From: Alloascoidea hylecoeti
Lineage: Eukaryota
DNA: 64,000 nt
Assembly (NCBI GenBank): GCA_001600815.1
Contig: BCKZ01000001.1
Location: 1,459,389-1,523,388, forward strand
Direction of reading: 5' to 3'
Both the position numbers and the translations under genes were made by a program. The notes beneath the pieces were generated by a model. The model did not search any database, had not been told where the DNA came from, and saw only the letters and a list, made by a program, of their open reading frames with translations. How positions within the stretch are numbered: the stretch's first letter is position 1; every line of letters starts with the position of its first letter. Shown one piece after another: positions 1 through 13,780 of the stretch.

Positions 1-417
1 CCGCCTAAAAAAAGACGTCCAATTTGAAGACCGGGAATGAGGTGTTCCACCTTCTTCTGTGGTTTGGTCCGGTTGCTGTTTAATAGGTATCGGAGCAACT
101 TCACTCATATTCTCAACTTTTGGATTAATATTTGGCTCTGAGTCGTTTGGGTCTCTTGACAGTTGTGAATCGGATTTACTAATAATGGAGACTTCTTTCA
201 ACTCCTTCATTTTTTTAATAGAGGCGGCCTTTGAGGAACTGGAGAACTCCACGCACGATTTTGTGTCTGAAAGGCTTAAAGTGGATTGTGATTTCCTTAT
301 ATACAATGGGGCCGTTGAGAACGACACATCTTTATGAGCATGATTTGAGGGTTGTTCCAAAGGGTGGATGTGCTGAAGAGAGCCGAGGGTTCTTCCTTTT
401 GGGACGCGGGAGCTCAT
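1..417 (-). CDS. 5' part of an unidentified gene running off the left edge (Ser-rich, probably disordered N-terminus)
   Basis: ATG at 417 opens 139 stop-free codons to position 1 (MSSRVPKGRTLGSLQHIHP...SRSSNWTSFFRR); not in ORF track because no stop lies in the window. Confidence 0.65.
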   Translation of the reverse strand, partial: MSSRVPKGRTLGSLQHIHPLEQPSNHAHKDVSFSTAPLYIRKSQSTLSLSDTKSCVEFSSSSKAASIKKMKELKEVSIISKSDSQLSRDPNDSEPNINPKVENMSEVAPIPIKQQPDQTTEEGGTPHSRSSNWTSFFRR

Positions 418-597
418 CGAGACCGTCAGTGGGATCAGTTGTTTGATTGGTGGCGTGGTAATAAAATAAAAATAAATGAAACTAACCTAAATGGAAACGA
501 ATTGAATATGAGATGAATATAAATGATGTAAACGATGAAAATAAATAAAGGAAAACGATGAAAAAAACTGGAAGAAACGATGAATAAATAATACAAT

Positions 598-2142
598 TCA
601 CGTGCGGCTGTATGTTCGGCCCATCAGAAATCTTATTTGGGACATGTGTTCCACAGCGGCATCCTCAGATTTACCCTCAAGCAGCTGCAGACGGCGGCGG
701 GTGCCCTCGTCGATTGCCTGTTTCAGTTGCTGCCGTTGCTTATCACTTTTGTGTCCTCGCGATGCGATGTTCCAAACATTAAACAAAACTGATAACAAGA
801 AGGAAAACTGAACACATTTCGATCCAAAAGAACTTTGATCCATTCTTTTAGGAACACTTTTTAGTAATCCACAAATGTGCTCTACATCTGGATCATATAA
901 CCATGAAGTGTCTTTTAAAGGATCTGAAAGTAATTCAACTGCTATTTTACCATATATTTCAATCCATTGTTCAATCCACTGTTTTGTTAAACTATGTGTT
1001 GCATCAAATGAGAAAAATTCAATTAATTCTTCAAATGGTATCATATGAGTTTTTAATTGAAAGCAGATTTCTTCAAGAAATTTTTTACTGGAATATTGTC
1101 GATGTTTGAATGTATTCGTAGCTTTCCATATCTACATGCCAAGTTAATCTTAAATAATAGGAAAAAGGGAAATATGTATTATAAAACTTACCAGTTCAAT
1201 ATATCGTTTTCTTAATGACATTGTTTGTTTACCCAACCATATTGTTGTTTCCCTTTTCTCCAATATTTGTAAATTATCAATTTCATTATCATATATTGGT
1301 TCAAATCTTGAACTATTACCTGTATCACTAGAAGCAAATATAAATCTAACACATTCACTTTCCCATCTTGATTCAATAGTGCTTTGCATCTTGATAATCA
1401 AAGCTGATTGTAATATTGATTGCTGCAATTGTTTTGATTTTCCAATTAAATTTGACTGTTTAAAACATATATCCCAATCTTTTTCTAATATTGTTAAACA
1501 AATTTCTAACATTTTCATCCAAATATTCCATCTTTCTAAAATTAATAAATTTTTTGATGCTCCACAACGGAAACTCCATGCTATCATTTTCCAAGGATTT
1601 GAAATCTTATTTCTTAAATATAAAAGGCTTGGAATTTTTCTATTTGTTGACGTATTATCAACTGATATTGCTGCATTTTTATAACGTTGATGTTTATAAA
1701 AAAAACAAAATAATCTTTTAATAACTTTCCTTAAATTTTCAACTGTTGGATTATCGAGTTTAATAACTTTTTTTCTATTTTCATTTTCATTTTCATTTTC
1801 ATTTTCTTCTTCATAAGCTAAATAAACCATCTCATTTATAATTTTAAAACATCTTGAACTTAATTCTTGATCCTTTAAAGGTCTTGCTTTCTTATCAAGT
1901 TTATAAGTTTTATTAATTTTATTTTCTCTCCCTGGTATTACTGCTAAAGTTATCAATAAATCAAGTGCATTTAAAGCAGGTAATTTTATTAAGGGTAAAT
2001 TTGAATAAATTATTGATTCAACCGTGAATACAAATTGTTCGTAAGATTCTTGTAATATTAATGAATCAATAAAACTATTTGATGAATGCTGGTTATGGAT
2101 GAATATATCATCTTCTATTTCATTTGTTTGTGGATTTTCCAT
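598..2142 (-). CDS. Conserved fungal helical protein, 2 exons (2142-1192, 1131-598); possibly Smc5/6 Nse5-like
   Basis: ORFs 1150-2142 and 598-1044 join in frame via intron 1132-1191 (GTAAGT..GATTAAC..TAG): RYIEL|IWKATNTFK...HMIPFEE. Motif NPWKMIAWSFRC...ERWNIWMKMLE...LEKDW resembles a conserved ascomycete family; Nse5 identity is only a guess. Confidence 0.7.
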
Positions 2143-2332
2143 TAGTTTTTATATGAATATTTAATTTTTTTTGTTGGTATTATTGTTTAACGTTAACAAG
2201 TAGTCAAATCAGGGTAACACAAGGCCAATCAATGACATATCGTTAATTATTATCAAATCAAACCTCCAAATTGAAAAAAAAAAAAACTTCTTCCACAACG
2301 ATTTATATAAACATTTATAAATATTCATAAAA

Positions 2333-2985
2333 ATGGCATCTCAATCTCAACCAGAAGACCTTGAATCTCTTAAAACTTTAATCCGTTCTCATCTTCATCA
2401 ATATCCTGATTTTCCAACAAAAGGAATTTTATTTGAAGATATTATGCCAATTTTTAATTCCCCAATTGCTTTTAAATCATTAATTAAAGCATTTGTAATA
2501 CATTTAAATTCAAAATTTCCAAATACTAAAATTGATGCTATTATTGGATTAGAATCAAGAGGTTTTTTATTTGGTCCTACTTTGGCTTTAGAATTAAATG
2601 CTGGATTTATACCAATTAGAAAACAAGGGAAATTACCTGGTGAGACAATTTCTGCTACTTATGAAAAAGAATATGGTACTGTAAGTATAACATTAACTCA
2701 ATTAACAACTAATAAATTAAACTGGTACTAATTCTCTTTTTTCTTATGAAATAGGATGTTTTTGAAATTCAAGCAAATGCTTTAAAACCAAATCAAAATG
2801 TAATAATTGTTGATGATATTATTGCAACTGGTGGTTCTGCAAAAGCAGCTGGTGATTTAGTTGAAAAATTAAATGGTAATGTTTTGGAATTTTTATTTTT
2901 AATGGAATTAGATTTCTTGAAAGGTAGAGAAAAATTAAATTCTCCTGTTTATACTTTATTATCTGGTCAACCTGAAAAATTATGA
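2333..2985 (+). CDS. APT1: Adenine phosphoribosyltransferase, intron 2681-2754
   Basis: YPDFPTKGILFEDI, GLESRGFLFG, IRKQGKLPG, EKEYG|DVFEIQ, PRPP-binding VDDIIATGGS; intron GTAAGT..TACTAAT..TAG, phase 0; TGA at 2983-2985. Confidence 0.95.
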
Positions 2986-3800
2986 GATTTATACTCCTCA
3001 TATATATAAAATGTTATAGATCAATTTCTTTTTTCTTCAGACCCTTATCTTTATACTCAAGTGGACTACGTTTCCAGTTGTTTTACAACAATGGTTTAAC
3101 TCTGCATTAACTAAAGATTATGATTAGATGCCGAAAATAACTTGAAAACGCTATAATATCCATAGACAAATCATAAATACAAACAAAGCTCAATAATAAG
3201 TTCAAATGTTAATAAATAAATACATAAATAATAATAAATAAAAATGTGGGTATTATAACTTTTAATACAATTGTTGATATTATTAGAGGTATTCGATATT
3301 ATATTAAGAGCCATATAAATATAAATATATATATATGGCATAATTTATAACGTATATATATATTTCTAATTTTTACTTCAATCCTATTAATTATCATTGA
3401 TTTATCAGCCTGTTGATAATCAAATACAAGTTTACAGAGTTTCTGTTTGAGCCGGGAATTGAAACGCCTTGCTGAACTTGCAATTGTTAATCGCGTTAAT
3501 AAAAAAAAGCAGTTTTAAGCTTCCAGTGGGAAAGTCTCGCTGTTTGTAGGCGATTTAATAATCTTTTATTATCTTCACTTGTCCAATTACCTTTTTTAAT
3601 CCTTCAGAAGAAAAAGTTAATCAAATATCTCTTCTAGTTTCAATATATCCTGACAAATTCAATATTTTAGTTAAATCTTTTAATTCATTAGAAACCTTCT
3701 GTGAAAGCATTCCAACTAGTTTATCAAGAGCTTTTTCTAAATCAGCACATAAAACAGTTAAACTTTTATTGTCCGGTAAATTGAACGCCAAAACATAGGA

Positions 3801-4357
3801 TCATTTTAACGTTTGTCTAAATTTTGTAAAAATCTCCAATAATTGTTGCAAATTGCAATTGAACTGTTCATGTTTTTTATAGCGCTCATAATGGTCTAAA
3901 AATCTCTTTGATATTATGATTGAAGTTTTGATACAGTTTAAAGAACTCACATCTCTCTGGTCGATTTTTCCTTCAATATATGTCGGATAACAATATTTAT
4001 GATTACATGGTGGAGAAACAAATTTCATATTTTCATTACAATTGCAACTTACTGAACACGTAAAACGAGACAATTCTATTGTGATTTTGATCCTATCAAA
4101 CGGTGCAATTTTATCTTCGTTCAAGACTACACCAAAGTGTCTCTTCAGACTTTTTATGGTATGATACAAGTAAACGATTAGTTTTCCAGTTCCAAAATTT
4201 ACGTTATTTTATTGATCTCTTTTTGTTTAAGTAAGTCCAAGCCCTGTTGTGATAATGGTTTGTACTTTATTCCGTAAAAATTGCACTCAAAATCATCTTC
4301 TTGGGAAATATTTAATGCCTGTGAATTATGTAACTCGTTGGTTTGTTCACTGCTCAT
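3801..4357 (-). CDS. Hypothetical Cys-containing protein, intron 4150-4202; may be the 5' part of a decayed longer gene
   Basis: ATG 4357 exon (MSSEQTNELH...EINKI) splices in frame (GTAAAT..AACTAAT..AAG) to ORF 3801-4169 (TLKRHFGVV...); the frame stays open ~60 codons past the TGA. Confidence 0.45.
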
Positions 4358-5112
4358 GTTGGTTTTCTTATTATCTCCAGTAAAAGATTATATATTCTGA
4401 TTTATATTAGAAGGGCTATTGAAGTAAAATGAATCCCAAACTCAAAGTGAAAAAAATCTTTTCATAAAATCTTTGATGGGAAGTCATAATTATAAAATGT
4501 ACAAGCTATTGTAATATAAACTGCACTATTGAGGGGGGAAAAAGCAATAGTTCTGAAGCATCCCACAAAGCTGCCGGTATCTACATGGACCTAATAATTT
4601 TCATTCTAGATTGGCATTTGATGATTGATTGTATGGTGAGTATAAAAATTATTAACTTGATAATTTTTTAATTGAATTATTAATTATTGATATGATAAGT
4701 TTTAACTTTAAAGGTTTAATTAAGCTTTCGAAGCTTAAAGCTAATTAAGCTTGTTGTTACCCCCGGACAAGCAGGGTCAACCACGAGATGAGATGAACAA
4801 CTACTATATTTCGATTGGAATTTTACTGCTTGGCTACATGTATTAGGAAAGCTTTCTTTATAAACAATATTTATAAAATAAAAAATTTGTAATATACATA
4901 TATAAACCTATTATATGCATACAAAAATATAACTTAAAATTAAATGATAAAAATGTAATTCAAAACTTCAATACATCATAGATAATAACAAATTTAAAAG
5001 CTGACTTCTGTTGTTTTATCCCCATACACCGTATAGAGCATCATTATAACTTTGCAGCTTTTTCAACATCAACACCAACATCAATAGTGATTTTACAATC
5101 TATAGTTGGTTG

Positions 5113-7125
5113 CTATTTCTTTTTGTTGGCTTCAACAATATCAATAATATGTGTGACAGATTGAGGATTTGCAAGAGTACTTAAATCACCTAATTGATGA
5201 GCTTCACCAGCTAAAATTTTTCTTAAAATTCGTCTCATGATTTTACCTGATCTCGTTCTTGGTAAATCATCAACTATTAAGACAACTTTAGGTGCAGCAA
5301 ATGGGCCAATTTGTTTTCTAACGTGCATGATTAGTTCTTTCCTTACAGCGTTTATATCATCCTTCTTTAATTTATCTTTCAATGAAACAAAAGCATTTAC
5401 TGCTTGACCGGTTAATTCATCATGAACACCTACGACAGCAGATTCAGCAACTTCATGATGATCGGATAATGCATCTTCAATTTCAGCGGTTGATAATCTA
5501 TGACCAGAAACATTTACCACATCATCAACTCTACCTCTGATCCAATAGTAACCATCAGAATCTCTACCTGCACCATCACCAGTGAAATAGAAACCAGGAT
5601 ATGGGTTGAAATAGGTATCCATATACCTATCATGAGCATTCCAGACGGATCTAGCCATTGATGGCCATGAAGATCTTATACCTAAAACACCTTCAACATC
5701 ATTACCTTTAATTTCTTTACCAGATACTGGATCAATGATAACAAGATCAATACCGAATAATGGTAAAGTAGCACTACTTGGTTTCATTGGGGTTACACCA
5801 GCTAATGGAGCAATTATATGGGAACCAGTCTCTGTTTGCCAATATGTATCACAAATGTGACACTTCTTCTCACCAATTTTATCGAAATACCATTGCCAAA
5901 CTTCGTGTGACATTGGTTCACCAACAGAACCTAAAGTTCTTAAACTTGAAAGATCATGATGGATATATTGATCACCAGCTCTCTTTAATAACCTTAAGGC
6001 TGTTGGAGCAGTGTAAAAATGGGTTGCCTTGTGTTCTTCCACAACATCCCAATATCTTGAAAATGAAGGATATGCCGGTGTACCTTCAAATATAATTGTT
6101 GTTGAACCAAGTAATAATGGACCATAGACACAATAACTATGACCAGTAATCCAACCAACATCACCAGTTGTAAACAAAATATCCTGTGAATGTAAATCGA
6201 AAACATATTTTGTTGTCATTGCTGCACCAAGTAAATAGCCAGCAGTTGTATGTAAAACACCTTTTGGAGTACCAGTTGAACCTGAAGTGTATAATAAAAA
6301 TAATGGATCTTCTGAATTAACTGGGACTGGAGGATAAAATCCTCGGTGTTTTGCAACTTCTTCATGCCACCAATGATCTTTAGCTTTATTCCATGGGACA
6401 TTATTTCCAGTTCTTTTAAAAACTAAGACATTGTTGACTTCAGGACATTCTTTTAAAGCTTCATCAACAATTTTCTTTGTATCAATTGTTTTACCACCAC
6501 GTTTTGACTCATCGGTCGTTATAACAACCTTTGAATTACCATTTATAATACGATCCCTTAAACTACCACTCGAAAATCCAGCAAAAACGACTGAATGAAT
6601 AGCACCTAATCTAACAATGGCTAACAAGGCAATTACAGCTTCAGGTATCATTGGTAAATAAACAGCAACAGTATCTCCCTTCTTAACACCAAAACTTTCC
6701 AAGACATGGGCTACTTTTGAAACTTCACGTTGTAATTCACCATAGGTTATCTTTCTACCTGTGCCTGGCTCATCAGCTTCGTAGATGATCGCGACCTTAT
6801 CAGGATTAACTGCAGCATGTCTATCCACACAGTTATAGGAAGCATTCAATTGACCTTCCAAGAACCACGAAACATCACCATTCTCAAAGGAACCAGATTT
6901 AACGGTTTGGAAATCCTTGTGCCAGGTTAATAAATCATGACCCATATTACCAAAAAAAGTTGTTGGATCACGAATTGATTGAGAGTAAAGTTCATTATAA
7001 TGTTGTATGGACTCTAGATGTGGTGCTGAATGATGGTTATCGAAAAAAGATTGGGGAGGATGAACAGGGTCAACTCCATGAGCCTCGTGAACAACAGGCA
7101 GTTTTTCGTCGTGTGGAATAGTCAT
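5113..7125 (-). CDS. ACS2: Acetyl-CoA synthetase (ACS2-like N-terminus)
   Basis: [14 protein letters not shown]-binding motif, [41 protein letters not shown]. Confidence 0.92.
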   Translation of the reverse strand: MTIPHDEKLPVVHEAHGVDPVHPPQSFFDNHHSAPHLESIQHYNELYSQSIRDPTTFFGNMGHDLLTWHKDFQTVKSGSFENGDVSWFLEGQLNASYNCVDRHAAVNPDKVAIIYEADEPGTGRKITYGELQREVSKVAHVLESFGVKKGDTVAVYLPMIPEAVIALLAIVRLGAIHSVVFAGFSSGSLRDRIINGNSKVVITTDESKRGGKTIDTKKIVDEALKECPEVNNVLVFKRTGNNVPWNKAKDHWWHEEVAKHRGFYPPVPVNSEDPLFLLYTSGSTGTPKGVLHTTAGYLLGAAMTTKYVFDLHSQDILFTTGDVGWITGHSYCVYGPLLLGSTTIIFEGTPAYPSFSRYWDVVEEHKATHFYTAPTALRLLKRAGDQYIHHDLSSLRTLGSVGEPMSHEVWQWYFDKIGEKKCHICDTYWQTETGSHIIAPLAGVTPMKPSSATLPLFGIDLVIIDPVSGKEIKGNDVEGVLGIRSSWPSMARSVWNAHDRYMDTYFNPYPGFYFTGDGAGRDSDGYYWIRGRVDDVVNVSGHRLSTAEIEDALSDHHEVAESAVVGVHDELTGQAVNAFVSLKDKLKKDDINAVRKELIMHVRKQIGPFAAPKVVLIVDDLPRTRSGKIMRRILRKILAGEAHQLGDLSTLANPQSVTHIIDIVEANKKK

Positions 7126-8098
7126 TTAAGATTAATGTTTCAATTGGGACAGTGAAGGATATCGACAATTGCAAGTATTTATATGAATTATAATACCCCT
7201 CATGGTGAATATTCTTATGTCGCGGGAACGGATTTATCCCGGAGCTGTGATTGGCCTATTTTTGGTGGGATGTTTTTCGGCCGTTTGTTGGGAGGTCAAC
7301 AACCACACACCCGTCTTTCCAACGGTTTAATCACTTAATTGCATGATTCACGTTTCATTCCATGGGTCCGTGGTCCTCTCCGTCCTCCATGATCATGAGG
7401 GGAATAAGATCAACACATACACCTCAGCAGGAGATGAGGGCATTGAGGAGGAGCCAACAGATCGATCCCGATGGATGAATGGATACCGGTTGTGTAATAT
7501 TGTAGACCGTTAAGTTTGATAATTAGAACCTCCAACTTAGGAATCCCTGTTGTCAACTTAGACTTAATTAATTGACCTCTTTCTTTGTCATCGAAATTTG
7601 GCGGAAATCTTCAATCCTCATTAAAATCTGAAGTCTACATTGGCAATTCAATTGTCCAAGCTTCAAAAAATATAATGAACATCTCCTATACGCCTACGTA
7701 CATCAAAAGATTATACCTGAGAGGTTCGTGTTTTTTTGTTTATATTATGCATAAATTTACCGCGGCATTTGCCCTGACTGATTCCACTTAATTTCGTCCA
7801 GCATATGCTAGTAGTATTCGCTCATGGAATGGCCGAATATTAGACTGTATTTTGAACTGCTCGATCACGTGCTGGCTCTGATAAGCTTTATGACTGTAAG
7901 AACCTATTTCTTTTTCGTAATTTTGTTAATTATAAATTTCTAGTTATCCTTATGAATATCAACTCTTATAATTGATTCTCTATTTTCAGTCTCTAATACA
8001 TCTATATATTATTCCTATAGCTAAACCTTGAGCTCTTGAATAAATTTCATTACTTGCTTCATTAAAAATTGAGGTACAGTATTGTTTTATATGTGATA

Positions 8099-8118
8099 AT
8101 CACGTGATATATGACTCA
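8099..8118. promoter_or_regulatory. Adjacent Cbf1-type (ATCACGTGAT) and Gcn4-type (ATGACTCA) motifs upstream of HOM3
   Basis: atcacgtgat 8099-8108 and atgactca 8111-8118, ~240 bp upstream of the aspartate kinase ATG; second TCACGTG near 7865. Confidence 0.6.
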
Positions 8119-8350
8119 ACGTTAACTGTAAGATAATTGTATATTGAACCATTTTTCATTTAATTTTATTTCACATAGATTTTGTACAAACGGGGCCTCT
8201 TCTTCTTGCTTATTTTTCCTATAAATAAAATACAGCTTATTGACTACCTTGAATTTTTTTTCTGAAATCATCAAATCATCATTTTGATCTAGGGATATCA
8301 TTTTGCAAAATAAAGCTTGGCTCAACTCTTCCAACCTCACAAATCTTGAA

Positions 8351-9988
8351 ATGTCATTAGCTTCGTTATCTGGAACAGAAAAATTAATATCAAGACCTTG
8401 GGTCATTCAAAAATTTGGTGGTACAAGTGTCGGTAAATTCCCAGAGAAAATTGCAAATGAAATAGTTAAAGTCTACAGTAAAACGTATAATGTTGCTGTT
8501 GTTTGTTCTGCTCGTTCAACTGGTTTAAAAGTTGAAGGTACTACATCAAGATTATTAAAATGTGCTGAGATGGCACAGAATGATGAGGATTTCCTCACGG
8601 TTATTGAATTAATAAGAAATGATCATCTAGAGACAGCCACACGAAAGATCCATGATGTTGAAATTTTAAGTCAACTAAAACACGATATAAATCATGAGTG
8701 TGATTACGTTATTAAGTTGTTACATGCTGCCCAAATTATTGAAGAAGTTTCAGCACGTACTTTGGATATAATTATTAGTGTTGGTGAAAAATTAAGTTGC
8801 TTATATGTTACAGCGCTATTAAATGATAATAATGTACCAGCTGAATATGTTGATTTATCAAATGTTATTCCAGTGACATGTGAACCAAAATCGGAAAATG
8901 GAGGATCAGGATCGTTAAATGCAGACTTTTATAAAGATTTAGTAAAAAGGTTAAGAGAAGTTGTTTTATCTGCATATAATAATGGTACCAAAGTACCTGT
9001 TATTACTGGTTATTTTGGTAATGTCCCTGGTGGATTATTAAATGGAGTCGGAAGAGGTTACACTGATTTATGTGCTGCATTGACGGCTGTTGCTACAAAT
9101 TCTGAAGAGTTACAAATCTGGAAAGAAGTTGATGGTATATTTACAGCTGATCCAAGGAAAGTACCAGAAGCACGATTATTGCCTGCTGTTACACCAGACG
9201 AAGCAGCGGAATTGACGTATTATGGCTCTGAAGTGATACATCCTTTTACAATGGAACAAGTAATTAATGCTAGAATTCCAATTAGAATTAAAAATGTTCA
9301 AAATCCAGAAGGAAATGGTACAATTGTGTATCCTGATAATCTAGGAATAAAAGATGGAGCAACACCACCTCATCCGCCACATGTTTTAGAAAAGATTTCT
9401 TCAAGTTATTTTTTGACTTTACAAAAAAGAAAGATTCCAACTGCTGTTACAACGAAATCAAATATTGTTGTTATAAATGTCCATTCAAACAAAAGAAGTT
9501 TATCTCATGGTTTCTTAGCAGGTATATTTGCTACGTTAAATAAACATAAATTAGTGGTTGATCTTATTTCGACCTCTGAAGTTCATGTTTCAATGGCCAT
9601 ACATCGTGATGGTGTACCTGAACATAATTTAAAAGAAGCAATTGAAGAATTAAGAAAAATAGGAACTATTGATGTTACAAGAAATTTATCAATTATTTCA
9701 TTGATCGGTAAACAAATGAGAAGTCTTATTGGTATAGCCGGACAAATGTTTGCAACATTAGCACAACATCAAATTAATATTGAAATGATAAGTCAAGGCG
9801 CAAATGAAATAAACATTTCTTGTGTTATAAATCAGAAGGACGCTCTAAAGGCATTACAGGTTATTCATGCCAATTTATTAAAGATTCCTGATCTGAATGG
9901 TAATGATAATGTTAATGTTAATGGGACATCAGTACCTTCCAGCTCTGTGGCTGGCCCGATAAACTACTTGAAGTTGTCACACTCATGA
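8351..9988 (+). CDS. HOM3: Aspartate kinase
   Basis: QKFGGTSVG, GRGYTDL, WKEVDGIFTADPRKV, AAELTYYGSEVIHP, C-terminal ACT domains; first ATG at 8351. Confidence 0.95.
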   Translation: MSLASLSGTEKLISRPWVIQKFGGTSVGKFPEKIANEIVKVYSKTYNVAVVCSARSTGLKVEGTTSRLLKCAEMAQNDEDFLTVIELIRNDHLETATRKIHDVEILSQLKHDINHECDYVIKLLHAAQIIEEVSARTLDIIISVGEKLSCLYVTALLNDNNVPAEYVDLSNVIPVTCEPKSENGGSGSLNADFYKDLVKRLREVVLSAYNNGTKVPVITGYFGNVPGGLLNGVGRGYTDLCAALTAVATNSEELQIWKEVDGIFTADPRKVPEARLLPAVTPDEAAELTYYGSEVIHPFTMEQVINARIPIRIKNVQNPEGNGTIVYPDNLGIKDGATPPHPPHVLEKISSSYFLTLQKRKIPTAVTTKSNIVVINVHSNKRSLSHGFLAGIFATLNKHKLVVDLISTSEVHVSMAIHRDGVPEHNLKEAIEELRKIGTIDVTRNLSIISLIGKQMRSLIGIAGQMFATLAQHQINIEMISQGANEINISCVINQKDALKALQVIHANLLKIPDLNGNDNVNVNGTSVPSSSVAGPINYLKLSHS

Positions 9989-10825
9989 TTTTTTTGGTTC
10001 ATAGAAAAAGATAAAGGATAATTACATATAGATTTGTCTAAAGAAAGACATTTAATTATAAATCAAAAGCATCTAATACCGAGATAACAGAAAGTGATTT
10101 TCGTTAAATAAAATTATTGTATCGTATATTAGTTTGGATCTGAACCTAACTGAATTATCAGGAAAAATGAACTGGCCTCATAAAACTAGAGAGAAGCAAA
10201 AATATGAATAAGAATTAACTTCGGTAATTGAAGAATTCTCAGCAGTATAGGCTCAAATTTCTATTCCAAAAATATTTCTCGAGTTCCGAATTTGCAAAGG
10301 TATTAAATCGTACTAATATTGATAAGTAGTAATGAGCATGTAGCATCCTCAATTTAATAAATGGAATAATTAGAAAGAGGATACTTGGACCTTTCTTTTC
10401 TACTTTAAAGTTTAAGTAAGAGAATTGATGTGTCAAGTATGTACAGTTATTTTATGACTGATAGTTATCGCCCATCTTCATGACTAAGTTTCGGTATGAC
10501 CCATTACTATTATATGGAACAACTTCGGGTACCAAACTCGACCGATATGCTCTATGAATATGACCGATAACTTAATAATCTGAATGGCCGAAGGTAAAAT
10601 GGCTGTACCATTTCTTCCTCTACCTGTAATTAATATTCTTCCAAAAATGAAAGAAGCGTAGGTGAGTATTACAATATTACATTACTATAATATATAATCA
10701 TCTACTATACACAGATACATTATTAATAGAAAACATTAACATTAACATTAATAAATCGCAAATATATAGCTTATATATATTCTTTAAATAAATAAAGTCA
10801 TGATCCTGAGTTGCAGTTGCTACTC

Positions 10826-11689
10826 TTAAAAGGCAAAAACCTGATCAGGAAGTTTAGAAACGGGTTTAGCCTTTTGAAATCCTTGGTCAACTGTAGCTTT
10901 CTTAATAGCAGCAACCATTGGAGGTGGGCCACAAATTAACACTTTAACATCATCTGAAGCAGTTGGTAAATTTGCTTCTAGAATATCAGGTGTAACGAAA
11001 CCAACACCACCTTTCCAGCCCTTAGGAGCATTATTTAGCACATAATAAACTTTAATATTTGGATTTTTTGAAGTAATATCATCCAATTCTTCACGTAATA
11101 AAATGTCTTCTTCATTAACATTAGCATAAATTAAGTTGACCTTTGTTTTATCTTTGGGATTTCTGGCGATTGCTGTAATAATTTGATACATTGGAGTAAT
11201 ACCAGTACCACCAGCAACCATACCAAAGGCTTTCACCATATTTGGGGTATAATTGAAGAAGCCTTTAGGACCTCTTATTTTAGCGGTTTCTCCAATTTTC
11301 AAATTGTCAATGAACCTTGAAATATTACCTTGTGGGTAAACCTTGATAAGAAGATCAAAGTGACCTTTTTGTTCATCGGTGGAAGTAGGTGTATAAGATC
11401 TAACGATTTCTTTACCATTGATAACAGCACCGACCGAGACGTGCTGGCCAATTGGTAGTCCTAAGACATCATTAGGATTTGGTAATCCAAATCTGTATAT
11501 GGCAGTATTGTGGGATATCACAATCCTTTCGATTAATGGGAAATCCTGAAATTCATCTGGTTTCAATACTTTTCGGGCTTTTGTAACGTAGAAGAAATAA
11601 CCAGCAGATGCTATAATAGCAGCCCCAGCAGACACAACAGCAGCAAGTGGGATAATAGAGTGAGAAGATGTGTTCAAAGCTGAAGACAT
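10826..11689 (-). CDS. CBR1: NADH-cytochrome b5 reductase
   Basis: N-terminal [41 protein letters not shown] end. Confidence 0.92.
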   Translation of the reverse strand: MSSALNTSSHSIIPLAAVVSAGAAIIASAGYFFYVTKARKVLKPDEFQDFPLIERIVISHNTAIYRFGLPNPNDVLGLPIGQHVSVGAVINGKEIVRSYTPTSTDEQKGHFDLLIKVYPQGNISRFIDNLKIGETAKIRGPKGFFNYTPNMVKAFGMVAGGTGITPMYQIITAIARNPKDKTKVNLIYANVNEEDILLREELDDITSKNPNIKVYYVLNNAPKGWKGGVGFVTPDILEANLPTASDDVKVLICGPPPMVAAIKKATVDQGFQKAKPVSKLPDQVFAF

Positions 11690-12096
11690 TTTTTGATTTA
11701 GATTAGATATGGTCTAACTTTTCGGGATATAAGAAGGTATTTATATACCAGATAGTTAGTTGAAGTGAAAAATCGACCGGGTACTTCATAGTACTGTTAT
11801 GTACCAGCCAAGTGCCCGGGTCCGGAGATGCATTCATACTTCCTGATTGGTATAAAATATCCATATATACAAAATGAAGTTTTTTCTACAAATCCAGTGA
11901 TTAAATCGAAAGTTTGCATCTCTCGCATATCCCGTAATCTTAGTATAAATACTCAATGAGGTTAGGTTCATTTTCTATCGCTGGCTGTAGTCATTCATGT
12001 TTGATCTAAATTTATTAGTTGTCTTTTGGAGTGAAACATCCGTACACATTCTTGTTTCTTTGCTCCACCTGCTGCAATCCTATCCGTCCATCTATC

Positions 12097-13078
12097 ATGT
12101 CCTTTGATTTTAGTAAACTTACTCAGACCTTCCAGGACCTTAGTCATGAAGTTGGCTCTTCGTTTACTCCATTTGCCCAAAGAACTCAACGACTGATTCA
12201 GGAGAAATTGGGGAATGCCACTGATGTGGTAAGTGCCTATTTTGGCCACCATATTTATGTCTTAAAATACTAACCAATTTTTTAATAAGAGTGCTTTACC
12301 ACAAGAATATCTGGAATTAGAACACCAAATTGATATTTTGAAATCAATTCATCAAAAACTTCTTTCAGTCACTTCTCAATATGAATCCGAGAGTTACGAC
12401 TATCCTCCAAACCTACGTGAATCCTTTGCCGACCTATCCAAAACAGTCACGGAGAAAATCCATGGTCTATCTCAAGCCAAAAATACCGAAGATGCACGGG
12501 CTGTCCTAACTCAACAATCCAGCCCAGAGGCTCCGAAAACTTTGAATCATGCACTTTCAAGAGCTGCAGCTGGTGGTGCCAAAGCCCTTTCAGATACTTT
12601 TACATCTGAGCCACTAGCAACAGCTTTAGATAAGTTTTCACTTGCTGAATCAAAGATTGGTGACGCTAGATTAGCACAGGATCAGCTTATTAAATCCCAT
12701 TTTAACAAGCCAGTTTCTGAATCTTTACGTGTTAACATTGGTGCTGCTTTAGCTGCCCGACGTAAAGTTGAGAATGCCCGTTTATCATATGACTCTCTAA
12801 GAGCTAAAATTGAATCTGCTAACTCTGAAAAGCAATCTCAAATTCAAGTCCAACTTGATGCTGCTGAAGACGAATTTGCAAATGCAACTGATGAAGCTGT
12901 TTCTGTTATGAGAAATGCTTTAGATAGTGCTGAGCCTTTGAAATCATTGGTTGAGTTCATTGGTGCACAATTGGCTTACCATCAAGCTTCTTATCAAATT
13001 TTACAAAGCTTGCTTCCTGACGTTGAAGCATTGAAAGAAGATCAAGAAAGTGAATTAGCTGCACATAGTGCTCTTTAG
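12097..13078 (+). CDS. GVP36: BAR-domain protein Gvp36-like, intron 12229-12289
   Basis: MSFDFSKL...PFAQRTQRLIQEKLGNATDV|SALPQEYLELE...ESYDYPPNLRES...PKTLNHALSRA; intron GTAAGT..TACTAAC..AAG. Confidence 0.85.
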
Positions 13079-13780
13079 ATTTTATTATAAGAAATGTAAT
13101 TATGCGCTGTAGCTCCCATATTTATGCTTGTTTTATTTGGTTTGTTAGTTTACTCAAGCTCGTTCATCTATATGGTATAATATATTTGTAACGCTTTGTA
13201 CTTTGGGTATTTTATTTTTAAACTTTAGTTGGATATTTATATTGATTAATATTATTAGTATATTATACTTATAGTTAGGATCATGAAGAATTATCAAACA
13301 ATGGCAACTTGAAAAGAAATCAAAAGATGCTATGTAGTTACATGCATATGTTAATAACCCACGAAATTAGTTCATCTAGTAGTGCGAAAACGTAAGCTGA
13401 AATCGATACCTAATAAAGCACAAGAGATTATCTTCGCAACATTAGTTGTAGCAAAATTTATTCCTTGTGTAATTCATTTGTGTTACTAAGTCTGACTTAT
13501 AATAATCTAAGAACCCGATGTCCCAATATTAATCTAATTAGTGCAATTAAAACCACCTTAAAGTATCTTTCTGAACTCAATTAATAATGTTATACTAAAT
13601 TTAACAAATTTATCTAAGAAACAATTCCAATAATATTGATCTGCTCCGCTAATTCCGCTGGGTTGATCAAACTTCGCTAACCTCGCTAACCTCGCTGACT
13701 TCGCTATTTAGCTATTTAGCTATTTGGTATTATCATTTAATCCACCAATGCAATCGCAATTCTTCAAATAATAAAATTAA

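Noticed and set aside
3030..3180. Possible C/D snoRNA on minus strand
   Set aside because: CTGA present but no convincing box C, terminal stem or rRNA guide
4720..4738. ttaagctt-tcg-aagcttaa hairpin
   Set aside because: An 8-bp AT-rich stem is expected by chance in 64 kb
7472..7483. CSRE-like TGGATGAATGGA upstream of ACS
   Set aside because: Lacks the required CGG triplet; chance match not excluded
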